From assembly GCA_048886185.1 (NCBI GenBank), contig JBHLKY010000001.1:30001-62000 (forward strand): a stretch of 32,000 nt of DNA, written 5' to 3'. The notes under the pieces are model-generated. The model had not been told where the DNA came from. It did no database searches and saw nothing but the letters and a program-made list of their open reading frames with translations. Shown here piece by piece: positions 9,038 to 17,483 of the stretch. Position numbers and translations under genes: made by a program. The number at the start of each line of letters is the position of its first letter. The first letter of the stretch is position 1. Source of the DNA: Candidatus Hermodarchaeota archaeon (GTDB lineage: Archaea; Asgardarchaeota; Heimdallarchaeia; Hodarchaeales; Hodarchaeaceae).

Positions 9038-10117
9038 ATGGCCTTAATGTTTGAACAATTAAATCCTCATGCTTGTCTTACATATTTAGTAAGAAATGAT
9101 AGTTCAAATGAAATTATTTTAATTGATCCTGTCTTAGATCATGTTAAAGATTACTTAGATGTCTTAAAAAAACAAAAATTAAAATTAACATATGTTATTG
9201 ATACTCATACCCATGCAGATCACATTTCTGGAGCTGCAGCTATTAAAGATCATACTGATTGTCAGTATATTATGCATGAAAAAGCTCCTGCTAAATGTGT
9301 GACTATTCATGTAAACGATGGTGATGAACTAAGTTTTTTAGACATTAAAGTGAAAATCATTCATACACCTGGCCATACGAAAGACTCAATCTGCCTTGTG
9401 TTCTCCGATAGAATTTTCACTGGTGATGTGTTATTTCTGGATGAAGGTGGGGCTGGAAGAGATGATTTACCTGGAGGAGATCCTGCAGAACATTATGATA
9501 GTCTTCAGAAGCTTTTAGAATTACCTGATCATTTGATCGTTTTTCCTGCTCATGAATATCGAGGGAACCAACCATCGAGTCTTGCTCATCAGAAAGAAAG
9601 TAATCCACACTTAAAATCCCGTACACGAGAGAAATTTGTGCAATATTTAGAAGATTTAAAGCTGGGCCCTGCTGATTGGATGAATGATGTTTTAAAATCA
9701 AATTATGCGTGTGCAAGGAATCCTGGAGATGTTTGGATACCAGTTGATTCACCTGCGTGTGAAGTAAAGGGTACTTTAGAAATTGGTGTTAATGAACAGG
9801 TGGTCTCCTCATTAACTGTTCATGAACTGAAGAATAGAATGGATGGAAAACAGGTTCCTTTAATGATAGATGTACGGGAAAAACATGAATTAAATGGTCC
9901 ACTTGGTCATTTACAGGGTATTAAACACATACCTTTAGCTCATTTGATATCAAACCTTGAGAAGTTATCTAGTCTGAAAGATCAAGAAATCATCTTGATT
10001 TGTCGTAGTGGAGCTAGAGCTCATACTGCTGCACAAATAATGCAGAAGAAAGAATTCTCTAAGGTATTTGTTTTGGAAGGCGGAATGAAGGCTTGGAAAA
10101 ATTTGACAGATAATTGA
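9038..10117 (+). CDS. MBL-fold persulfide dioxygenase (ETHE1/PDO-like)-rhodanese fusion
   Basis: THTHADHISG, HTPGHT, FTGD and PAHEY, followed by a rhodanese domain IDVRE...ICRSGARA...LEGGMKAW. Confidence 0.85.
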   Translation: MALMFEQLNPHACLTYLVRNDSSNEIILIDPVLDHVKDYLDVLKKQKLKLTYVIDTHTHADHISGAAAIKDHTDCQYIMHEKAPAKCVTIHVNDGDELSFLDIKVKIIHTPGHTKDSICLVFSDRIFTGDVLFLDEGGAGRDDLPGGDPAEHYDSLQKLLELPDHLIVFPAHEYRGNQPSSLAHQKESNPHLKSRTREKFVQYLEDLKLGPADWMNDVLKSNYACARNPGDVWIPVDSPACEVKGTLEIGVNEQVVSSLTVHELKNRMDGKQVPLMIDVREKHELNGPLGHLQGIKHIPLAHLISNLEKLSSLKDQEIILICRSGARAHTAAQIMQKKEFSKVFVLEGGMKAWKNLTDN

Positions 10118-10141
10118 ATCTTTCCGAAGGGAAATAATTTT

Positions 10142-11101
10142 ATGAATGATCGGAAGAGATACCCTACTGAAGAGGTTGAGCCAGAGAATTTCTTAGATAA
10201 TGATGAAGTAATGAACCTTTTAGAAACTCAAAAAAATTATAAATTTAAACAAGAAGATTACCTGATACTATTAAACTGTGTTCATTGTAACGCTTGTGGA
10301 ACCTCGGAAGAACGATGTCAGCTCAATCATAAATTTTTGGAGGATGGAAATAAAATCGAGGGCCTTGATGAGATGATTGCGAGTTTCGAGAAATTTCGAA
10401 CTCCCTATTCAACTGATAAAATGCGAATCAGAAGACCTGAGGGTATTCCTAGAGAAAGTAATACTCTCTATTATATGGGCTGCTTATCCACTATTCGAGT
10501 TCCAAGATATACTGAAAATTCGTTAATTTACCTTTTAAAGCAAAATATTGACTTTACAATTTTAGACAAAGAGATTTGTTGTGGCTATCCGTTATATGTC
10601 TCTGGTGAATTCAAAGGGTATGAAAGATGTAAAGAAGAGAATATTGAAATATTCAATAATTTTAAGAAAGTCATTTGTGCATGTCCAGCATGTTACTATG
10701 TATTCAAAAACAATTATCAAGAGGAAATGACCGCAGAAATCACATTTGTTGTAGATTATCTTAAACCTGCAGACACAAAAAAATCAGGTAGCATAGCAAT
10801 TCAACATCTCTGTCAACTCATGAATCGGGGGCATCCTGAAGTCACTTCCTTTGTAAATGATATATTACGAGAATCAGGTTACAAGGTACTTGATATTCCG
10901 CACTGGTGTTGTGGAGGGGGTATTGGATATATGCATAGGTTAGATATTATCGAGAAAATCGCGAGGAAACGTATGGGAGATTTCCAAGAAGGGGATTATT
11001 GTACAACATATTGTGTTTCGTGCTGGTGGATTCTCTCTCGTTTTGGACGAAAATATGACATCAAACCTAAACCTAAAGACATTTTTGAGCTATTAATGTG
11101 A
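10142..11101 (+). CDS. (Fe-S)-binding protein with a CxxCxxC motif and two CCG domains (HdrB/HdrD/GlpC-like)
   Basis: CVHCNAC......C; YMGC, ICCGYP, CPAC; HLC, CCGGG, YCVSC. Confidence 0.8.
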   Translation: MNDRKRYPTEEVEPENFLDNDEVMNLLETQKNYKFKQEDYLILLNCVHCNACGTSEERCQLNHKFLEDGNKIEGLDEMIASFEKFRTPYSTDKMRIRRPEGIPRESNTLYYMGCLSTIRVPRYTENSLIYLLKQNIDFTILDKEICCGYPLYVSGEFKGYERCKEENIEIFNNFKKVICACPACYYVFKNNYQEEMTAEITFVVDYLKPADTKKSGSIAIQHLCQLMNRGHPEVTSFVNDILRESGYKVLDIPHWCCGGGIGYMHRLDIIEKIARKRMGDFQEGDYCTTYCVSCWWILSRFGRKYDIKPKPKDIFELLM

Positions 11102-11153
11102 TTTTTAAAGGATTCAATGACGACATGTTTTTTGAAAAGAAATTCTAGTTTCC

Positions 11154-11819
11154 CTAATTACCTTGTTTTATACATAAGAAAAAGCCTAGATCTTTTAAAA
11201 ATTTGAATTCCCTAAGAATCAAAAAATTAGCAGCGATAAGACTTTGAGTGAATATATCCCAAGTAAACCGTGCTTTTTTCGGATGACTTACTTTCAAATA
11301 TCTTTCAAACCAGTTTAAAGATCTGGCACTAATTTCGTTAATTAATAGTAATCCTTTAGGTTTTAAAACCCTATTGATCTCTTTTAACGCATTTGGCCAT
11401 TCCTCGATGTGGTGGAGAACTGTGAACGCAAAGACAGCATCAAATCGATTTGAAGGAAGTTTAGTTTCTTTTACATCTGCTAAAAAAACATTGACGGGGA
11501 TTTGCCTCTTTTTTACTTTAGTAAATGATAATAAGACCATTTTTGGATCTATGTCAAATGCATAATAGATTTTAGGCTTGAAAGTTTTATAAATCTGTTC
11601 TATTCCATATCCAGCTCCGCATCCTACCTCCAAAATATTTTTCCCAGTTAAATCGAAATTACTCGATTTTATAAAAGATTTAAAGACCTTTAATTCAAAG
11701 AAAGACAGCATTAACTTCTTAAAAGGACTGACCATTAATTTTTCTTCTAAATGATTTAGATTTAGTCCTTTATTTCTGACTTTATCAAATTTTTTATTAT
11801 TTTTATCTTCCAAATCCAA
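11154..11819 (-). CDS. Class I SAM-dependent methyltransferase (UbiE/MenG-like fold)
   Basis: ILEVGCGAG, AFDID, FDAVFAFTVLHH, VLKPKG; TTG start after GGAG. Confidence 0.88.
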   Translation of the reverse strand: MDLEDKNNKKFDKVRNKGLNLNHLEEKLMVSPFKKLMLSFFELKVFKSFIKSSNFDLTGKNILEVGCGAGYGIEQIYKTFKPKIYYAFDIDPKMVLLSFTKVKKRQIPVNVFLADVKETKLPSNRFDAVFAFTVLHHIEEWPNALKEINRVLKPKGLLLINEISARSLNWFERYLKVSHPKKARFTWDIFTQSLIAANFLILREFKFLKDLGFFLCIKQGN

Positions 11820-12035
11820 TTCTTATTATTCTCCTGAAAGAGACATTAATTCTAGTCAGATTTAATCTGGATTGAGTTTAATTTAATCCATGATAGAGTG
11901 AAACTTTAAGATTACGAAAAAAGAAGCGAAATTATGTAAAGATTAAATATATTCTAAGATTAATGAATTTTCCTGATGTTATTGGAGTATAGAGACTCTT
12001 TGACTACTAAAGTTAATACTTAATGGTGAAATCAG

Positions 12036-12794
12036 TTGGTTACTAATTTAGAGAATGTTGATGTGAAAAATGAAGTATCGAATAATCAAAAAATAATTGG
12101 CTTTGTCAGGTTAGCTAGACCTCAATTTCTCTTGGCTTATTTAATTGTTGGTACAGGTGGATTGGTCGTCGGAGCTCAACAAGGATTTGATGTTGATTTA
12201 TTTGTCGCTATTTATTCTATTATGGTTGTCCTTATTTCAGCAATTGGTGTTCATTATCGGGATGAAGCAGGGGACTGGGCTGCTGGTTATGATCATGAAT
12301 ATGGTGGAATGGGGGTCATTAGAGAAGGTACAATCAGTGAAAATACCGTTCGACTCTTAGGTCGGATCATTAGTTTTATCACAATAATACTGGGAATAAT
12401 CCAGGCATTTTACCTTTTTTTATCAAAGAACCAACCAATCTTACTTATTATAGGTGTGCCAATTTTTTTTATGATAGTCTTCGTTAATTACTTAACAGAA
12501 GAGATCCCTCTTGGCCACGAGATTATTACAGCAGGTTCTTATTTCGCAACTTTTTATTGGATATACTTAGCTCAAACGTGGAACGTCACAACATCCATGG
12601 TTTTCTTCTCAATTTTCGTTTACCTAATTGTATTCGCTCTCATCCCATATCAAGACATTGGAGATGTGAAAGTAGATACAAAAACTGGCAAAAAAACATT
12701 GACTCGAAAATTAGGAATAGATGGGGTCGGTCAATTATCAATCTTTATAGGATTAATCTCAATTGTATTCTTATATCTCGCATTATTAGCTTAA
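12036..12794 (+). CDS. UbiA-family prenyltransferase (MenA-like)
   Basis: RLARP, Asp-rich motifs HYRDEAGD and QDIGDVKVD..GKKTL, multiple TM helices; GGTGA RBS. Confidence 0.8.
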   Translation: MVTNLENVDVKNEVSNNQKIIGFVRLARPQFLLAYLIVGTGGLVVGAQQGFDVDLFVAIYSIMVVLISAIGVHYRDEAGDWAAGYDHEYGGMGVIREGTISENTVRLLGRIISFITIILGIIQAFYLFLSKNQPILLIIGVPIFFMIVFVNYLTEEIPLGHEIITAGSYFATFYWIYLAQTWNVTTSMVFFSIFVYLIVFALIPYQDIGDVKVDTKTGKKTLTRKLGIDGVGQLSIFIGLISIVFLYLALLA

Positions 12795-12838
12795 AAATGT
12801 CATTAGAATTAGTTTATTCAATATAAGAGGACAAAATT

Positions 12839-13420
12839 ATGATAAAAAATAATACAAAATATGAAATCTGTCGTGTGTGTGGATATGTTCGACCAGTGGG
12901 AAAAGGAGGAAGATGCCCAGCTTGTGGTGTCAGAGACACTGCCTTTGTCCCTTTTCAACATAAAGCCTCCCTTAGAAGGCGTATGTTTCTGAAACTGGAC
13001 GTGCATCCTGTTGCAGTCCACTTTACAATTACTTACACAGCTGTAACAGCTTTCTTCTTCTTTTTCTTATTGTTTAGTGATAATTTACTTGGAGTTCCTA
13101 TCCAAGGTATCTTAGATCTTCAAATCACCTTCCTTCCTTTATTGATTACATCTGGCGGAATAACTGGACTTATCGATGGCAAGGTAAGATTCCGGAAAAT
13201 CAAAACTCCTTTTCTTTTGAGGAAAATTGTACTGGGGTGTACTCTCCTAGTGACTTCTATATTTCTATTACTAATACATATCATTAATCAAAGTGATACT
13301 TCTTTTCTATTAATTGAAGCTTGTTTAATATTACTAACTTTTATTCTTGCAAGTTATCTTGGATGGATTGGTGCAGAATTGATTTGTCCAATTGTTCCAA
13401 TAGGAAAAATTGAATCTTGA
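12839..13420 (+). CDS. Rubredoxin-like domain fused to a DUF2231-like 4-TM membrane domain
   Basis: CRVCGY...CPACG, then HPVAVHF, GGITGLIDG and GWIGAEL with four hydrophobic segments. Confidence 0.75.
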   Translation: MIKNNTKYEICRVCGYVRPVGKGGRCPACGVRDTAFVPFQHKASLRRRMFLKLDVHPVAVHFTITYTAVTAFFFFFLLFSDNLLGVPIQGILDLQITFLPLLITSGGITGLIDGKVRFRKIKTPFLLRKIVLGCTLLVTSIFLLLIHIINQSDTSFLLIEACLILLTFILASYLGWIGAELICPIVPIGKIES

Positions 13421-13459
13421 TATAATAGTTATAGTATGTTATACTGAAAAAAATTTACT

Positions 13460-14701
13460 TTATCTAATTTCCTGAGGGATTTCCCCAGAACGCTTGAGTG
13501 CTTGTTTTAACAATAGTGGACCGAGAATTTCAGCAATTAGCACATTAACTGCTACAATATCTAAAATTAATATTGCTGTTTCTACCATACCAATGGCAAC
13601 AAGTCGAGTATAAGCAAGTGCTGCTAACCCCAGAGCAACACCTGCTTGAGCAAGTAAAGCGAAAGGTATGTTATTTGTCACTTTCGCTGGCATTTTTGCT
13701 ATATAAGCTGCTCCATAAGATCCAACCGTTTTACCAATTGTTCTCATTATAAAATAAAGTAAAATGATTATTAAAATAGGAGTGACTAGTAAGCTCAAAT
13801 CCATCTCATAACCTACCAAGATGAAGAATAAAGCTATTATCGGAACAGATAATCGTTCTACTCCTCTTACGCATTCTTTATTTTCACATCTAGCCATCAT
13901 ACTTAATGTTAAACCGAAAACAATACAGCTTAAAATAACAGAAAGATGTAATAACCCTGCCAATGAAATACAAATTAAAACGGATGGAAAAACAAACTCT
14001 GCAGACTGATAAGCTTCTACTCCTTCAATATGAAAAGGTTTCATTATTAAGGCAAGAATGATTCCTACTAATACAGAACCTCCAATTTCAATAATTAATG
14101 GTATTGAAATCTCAATTAATGATAAGGTTGTTCCAGAATACATTGACTCTGAGAAAGATAGTGCTACACTGAAGAAAATAATTGTTAAAATATCATCAAA
14201 AGCGATAAGAAATAATATGGTTTGGCTTAAAGATCCATGGGATTTATATTCACGAATCACTTCCGCTGTAGATGCAGGAGCAGTAGCCATTGCAATTGTT
14301 CCTAAAATTATTCCAATTAAGAAATCCTGAAGTATTAACCCAATTGCTAGTGAAACAATGATAAAAGTGCCAAGAGTATTTCCAAGTAATATTAGCACTA
14401 AGCCCCATGATGCGTCTCGAAGCTTCCAAGGGTCTAGATGGGCACCGATACTATAGCCAATAAATCCTAAAGCGGCTGTAGTAACAATATAATGAATTAA
14501 TGGACTAGGAGGTGTTGGAAAAGTTACAATTGAGACAGAAGAAGTGAAGAATGTAAGAAATTGCAGAAAAAATCCTCCAAAGATCAATCCAAGTACCTGA
14601 GGAATACCTCGTCTACTAAGAACTTTTGCAACTATCAATGAGAATATAATCACTGTTCCTATCTCAAAAATAAAAATCAAAGCCTCTTCATTTGCTGTCA
14701 T
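13460..14701 (-). CDS. Cation:proton antiporter (CPA2 / Na+/H+ exchanger family)
   Basis: Highly hydrophobic 413 aa; ATAPAST, IAFDDILT, FFILVG, QAGVALGLA, EILGP. Confidence 0.9.
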   Translation of the reverse strand: MTANEEALIFIFEIGTVIIFSLIVAKVLSRRGIPQVLGLIFGGFFLQFLTFFTSSVSIVTFPTPPSPLIHYIVTTAALGFIGYSIGAHLDPWKLRDASWGLVLILLGNTLGTFIIVSLAIGLILQDFLIGIILGTIAMATAPASTAEVIREYKSHGSLSQTILFLIAFDDILTIIFFSVALSFSESMYSGTTLSLIEISIPLIIEIGGSVLVGIILALIMKPFHIEGVEAYQSAEFVFPSVLICISLAGLLHLSVILSCIVFGLTLSMMARCENKECVRGVERLSVPIIALFFILVGYEMDLSLLVTPILIIILLYFIMRTIGKTVGSYGAAYIAKMPAKVTNNIPFALLAQAGVALGLAALAYTRLVAIGMVETAILILDIVAVNVLIAEILGPLLLKQALKRSGEIPQEIR

Positions 14702-14837
14702 GGACTTCTGGAACCTCCTTAGTTGTTATATGGAAATGAATATGTTTTATGAAATTCAAATCATACTGCTATAGTGAGATTTAATGTATCTCAGCATAAT
14801 TCTTAGTCATTTATTGCATTATCTTGAATGAATTCGT

Positions 14838-14885
14838 AATGAGGGATTTCAGAACCCTCATTTCCTCCAAAATAAAAAAATAAAA
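14838..14885 (-). terminator. T-tract plus hairpin downstream of the cox operon
   Basis: Minus-strand T-rich tract (about 14868-14885) just after the cox4 stop, then an 8-bp stem AATGAGGG/CCCTCATT with a 9-nt loop (14838-14862). Confidence 0.5.
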
Positions 14886-14902
14886 TCTTTTTTTAATTCC
14901 TC

Positions 14903-15241
14903 TTAATGGCCTATGTGAAGCAAGGTCCCGATTAGCGGAATAAGTACAACTGGAAGGGCTATCAATAGCGGAACACCGAAAACAACACCATAAATCAATT
15001 TTGATCTAGTTTGATATTTGATTCCCATGAAAAAAGCCGCAACCAGATAAGCCTTTGCCAACGCAAGCACAATCAATCCAATACGAATTAGAAATTGCAA
15101 ATCAGTTTGACCAAGTACGTTTTCACTACTAATGCTGAGAGTAACCTCAAGAATTGTGAAGAATCCAAGCAATAATACAATGTAGTTATATGGGCGTTTC
15201 TCTTCATCAAACTTTTGTACTTCTTCTTGTTTATCTGCCAT
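14903..15241 (-). CDS. Heme-copper oxidase subunit IV (COX4_pro-like)
   Basis: Three TM helices, TILEV and LAKAYLVAAFFM motif; 10 bp downstream of subunit I. Confidence 0.8.
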   Translation of the reverse strand: MADKQEEVQKFDEEKRPYNYIVLLLGFFTILEVTLSISSENVLGQTDLQFLIRIGLIVLALAKAYLVAAFFMGIKYQTRSKLIYGVVFGVPLLIALPVVLIPLIGTLLHIGH

Positions 15242-15251
15242 TAAAAAAACC

Positions 15252-16805
15252 TCAAGATCCTTCTGATATTGTATTCGAATCTTTTTCAGATATCATAAGT
15301 CCGAATGGATCTTCTTTGGCTGGTTCTTTTCGTATAAACAAGCTAAAGAAAATATTAAATAGAAATACAGTAACAGAGAATGCCATTAACAGTGCTCCGA
15401 TAGTAGCAATCATGTGCCAAAACGCGTATAAATCTACAATGAGGAAAGTGGAATAATCAAAATACCGTCGTGGCATACCAAGTAATCCAACGATCATCAT
15501 TGCAAAGAAAGTAACAATAACCCCAATAATCCATGAAAAACAATGAATCCAAGCTAGAGTGCGCTGATACATCTTTCCAGTCATTTCAGGAAAGAAATTA
15601 TAGAAACTGCCTAAGATTGCTGTTACCGCTCCACCAATGATTATAAGATGAAAATGACCTACTACGAAGTATGTATCGTGGACTACAATATCAATTGGAA
15701 TGATGTTAAGCCACACCCCAGTAATTCCACCAATAACAAAGCCTATAATAAAACCTAAGGGGAACACAAGAGGTACCTCAAACTTAATACGACCTCCCCA
15801 CATTGTTAATAACCAGTTGAATGTCTTAATTCCTGAAGGTACAGCAATTATAAAAGTTAAAAAGTTAAAGAAAGCGGTTGTAATAGCATCAGATGAGGCG
15901 CCATATATTGTGTATTGATGATGGCCCCATACAAAGAACCCTAGAACTGTTATCATTATCATAGAAGCAACCATGGATTTGTAACCAAATATTTCATTAC
16001 GAGAGAATTTAGCCACCAATAGGGACATCAATCCAAAGGCAGGGAGTATCATGATATAAACAGCGGGGTGAGAGTAGCTCCAGAACACATGTTGCCACAG
16101 AAAAGCCCCTGCTCCAGATCCGAGAGCTGAATAAAAAGTTGTGCCAAGTATCCTATCAGATAATAGAAAAGTGAGACCTGTGGTAATTAGGGGGATCGCT
16201 AAAAATTGCATGATTGCTGCTAAAAGGATGGACCAACTAAAAAGATCAAGGTCTAGCCACTGAAGTCCTTCCCGTCTCATAGTAGCTATGGTAATGATAA
16301 AGTTTATTGAAGACACAAGAGAGGAAATACCAGCTATTAAGACACCCACAATCCAAGTATTTACACCAATGCCAAATCCTTCTAAAGAAAGAGGTGTGTA
16401 AAGCGTCCACCCGACTGAGGTCTCACCTAAATAAAGTAAGAAACTAGCAGGTAATAACATCCAGAATGCACCATTATTCCACCGGGGCCAGTACATATCC
16501 TTTGCGCCAATGAGTGTTGGTACAAGAAAATTACCAAAACCAACCCCTAGAGGAAAAATAACAAGGAAGATCATTGTTGTTCCATGAGCAGTAAATATAA
16601 TGGAATACATCTCTTCATTAACAATTGTAGGACCAGGAAAAGCGAGCTCTATGCGGATTATAAGGGCCAATAACCCTGATATGACGAAATTTATTAAGGA
16701 AAAGGCAATGTAAAGCTTTCCGATGTCTTTGTGGTTGGTTGTTCCAAAAAATCGTATAATTCTTTTGGTCAAGGAATCTTTGGATACAGCTAAGGTTTCA
16801 GACAT
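15252..16805 (-). CDS. coxA: Heme-copper oxygen reductase subunit I, A2 type
   Basis: NHKDIG (D-channel Asp), TAHG, FWSYSHPAVY (His-Tyr with YS motif), WGHH, SGIK (K-channel Lys), HDTYFVVGHFH, GMPRRY; GGTGA RBS favours start at 16805. Confidence 0.96.
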   Translation of the reverse strand: MSETLAVSKDSLTKRIIRFFGTTNHKDIGKLYIAFSLINFVISGLLALIIRIELAFPGPTIVNEEMYSIIFTAHGTTMIFLVIFPLGVGFGNFLVPTLIGAKDMYWPRWNNGAFWMLLPASFLLYLGETSVGWTLYTPLSLEGFGIGVNTWIVGVLIAGISSLVSSINFIITIATMRREGLQWLDLDLFSWSILLAAIMQFLAIPLITTGLTFLLSDRILGTTFYSALGSGAGAFLWQHVFWSYSHPAVYIMILPAFGLMSLLVAKFSRNEIFGYKSMVASMIMITVLGFFVWGHHQYTIYGASSDAITTAFFNFLTFIIAVPSGIKTFNWLLTMWGGRIKFEVPLVFPLGFIIGFVIGGITGVWLNIIPIDIVVHDTYFVVGHFHLIIIGGAVTAILGSFYNFFPEMTGKMYQRTLAWIHCFSWIIGVIVTFFAMMIVGLLGMPRRYFDYSTFLIVDLYAFWHMIATIGALLMAFSVTVFLFNIFFSLFIRKEPAKEDPFGLMISEKDSNTISEGS

Positions 16806-16816
16806 ATTTTTCACCA

Positions 16817-17464
16817 TCATGTTACTATGATCTTTGCTTTCATTGAATAATGTCCAAAGCCACAATATTCAGCGCAATGAACTTCATATACCCCTGGGTT
16901 AGGAATTTGAACATAAATGATATTATGCCTCCCTGGGATCATATCTAATTTTATGGAGAGTTCATGAACAAAGAAACTGTGAATCACATCAATTGAAGTA
17001 ATATTAAACTTGTAAAGCTTATCAACCTCCAGATATAGCACACCTATTGTACTAGTTCCGTCTTCTCTTACGAATGTAAAATTATATTTGTACGCTATGA
17101 CTAATATTTGCTCATCATAGTCTGGATATTCTGTAAGATAACTTTGAGTAACTGGAAGACTGGATAGGAAAAGAATGCTTACAATTACAGATGCAAAAAT
17201 TATCCAAATAACTTCCACACGTAATTGATTTTGTATCTTTTTTCGAGGGGTTTTAGATGACTCCCTAAACCGAAACACGATATAACCTAATAGAATAAAA
17301 ACAATAACTGCAATTAAAAGAGAAAAAAATAAAACTATAGCCAGGAGATATTGAACTTGCGGTGTATAAACAGCATTTTGAGGAGTAGCAGAAATTTGAA
17401 CAGGATTTGTTAAAATTATTAAAGAAAAGATGGCCAAAAACAAGAATTTTATCAGTTTTTTCAT
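16817..17464 (-). CDS. coxB: Heme-copper oxidase subunit II with a CuA site
   Basis: Leader plus two TM helices; DVIHSF and CAEYCGFGHYSM give the complete CuA ligand set; no fused CxxCH domain. Confidence 0.95.
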   Translation of the reverse strand: MKKLIKFLFLAIFSLIILTNPVQISATPQNAVYTPQVQYLLAIVLFFSLLIAVIVFILLGYIVFRFRESSKTPRKKIQNQLRVEVIWIIFASVIVSILFLSSLPVTQSYLTEYPDYDEQILVIAYKYNFTFVREDGTSTIGVLYLEVDKLYKFNITSIDVIHSFFVHELSIKLDMIPGRHNIIYVQIPNPGVYEVHCAEYCGFGHYSMKAKIIVT

Positions 17465-17483
17465 GATTTTGTACTTCCGTTGT

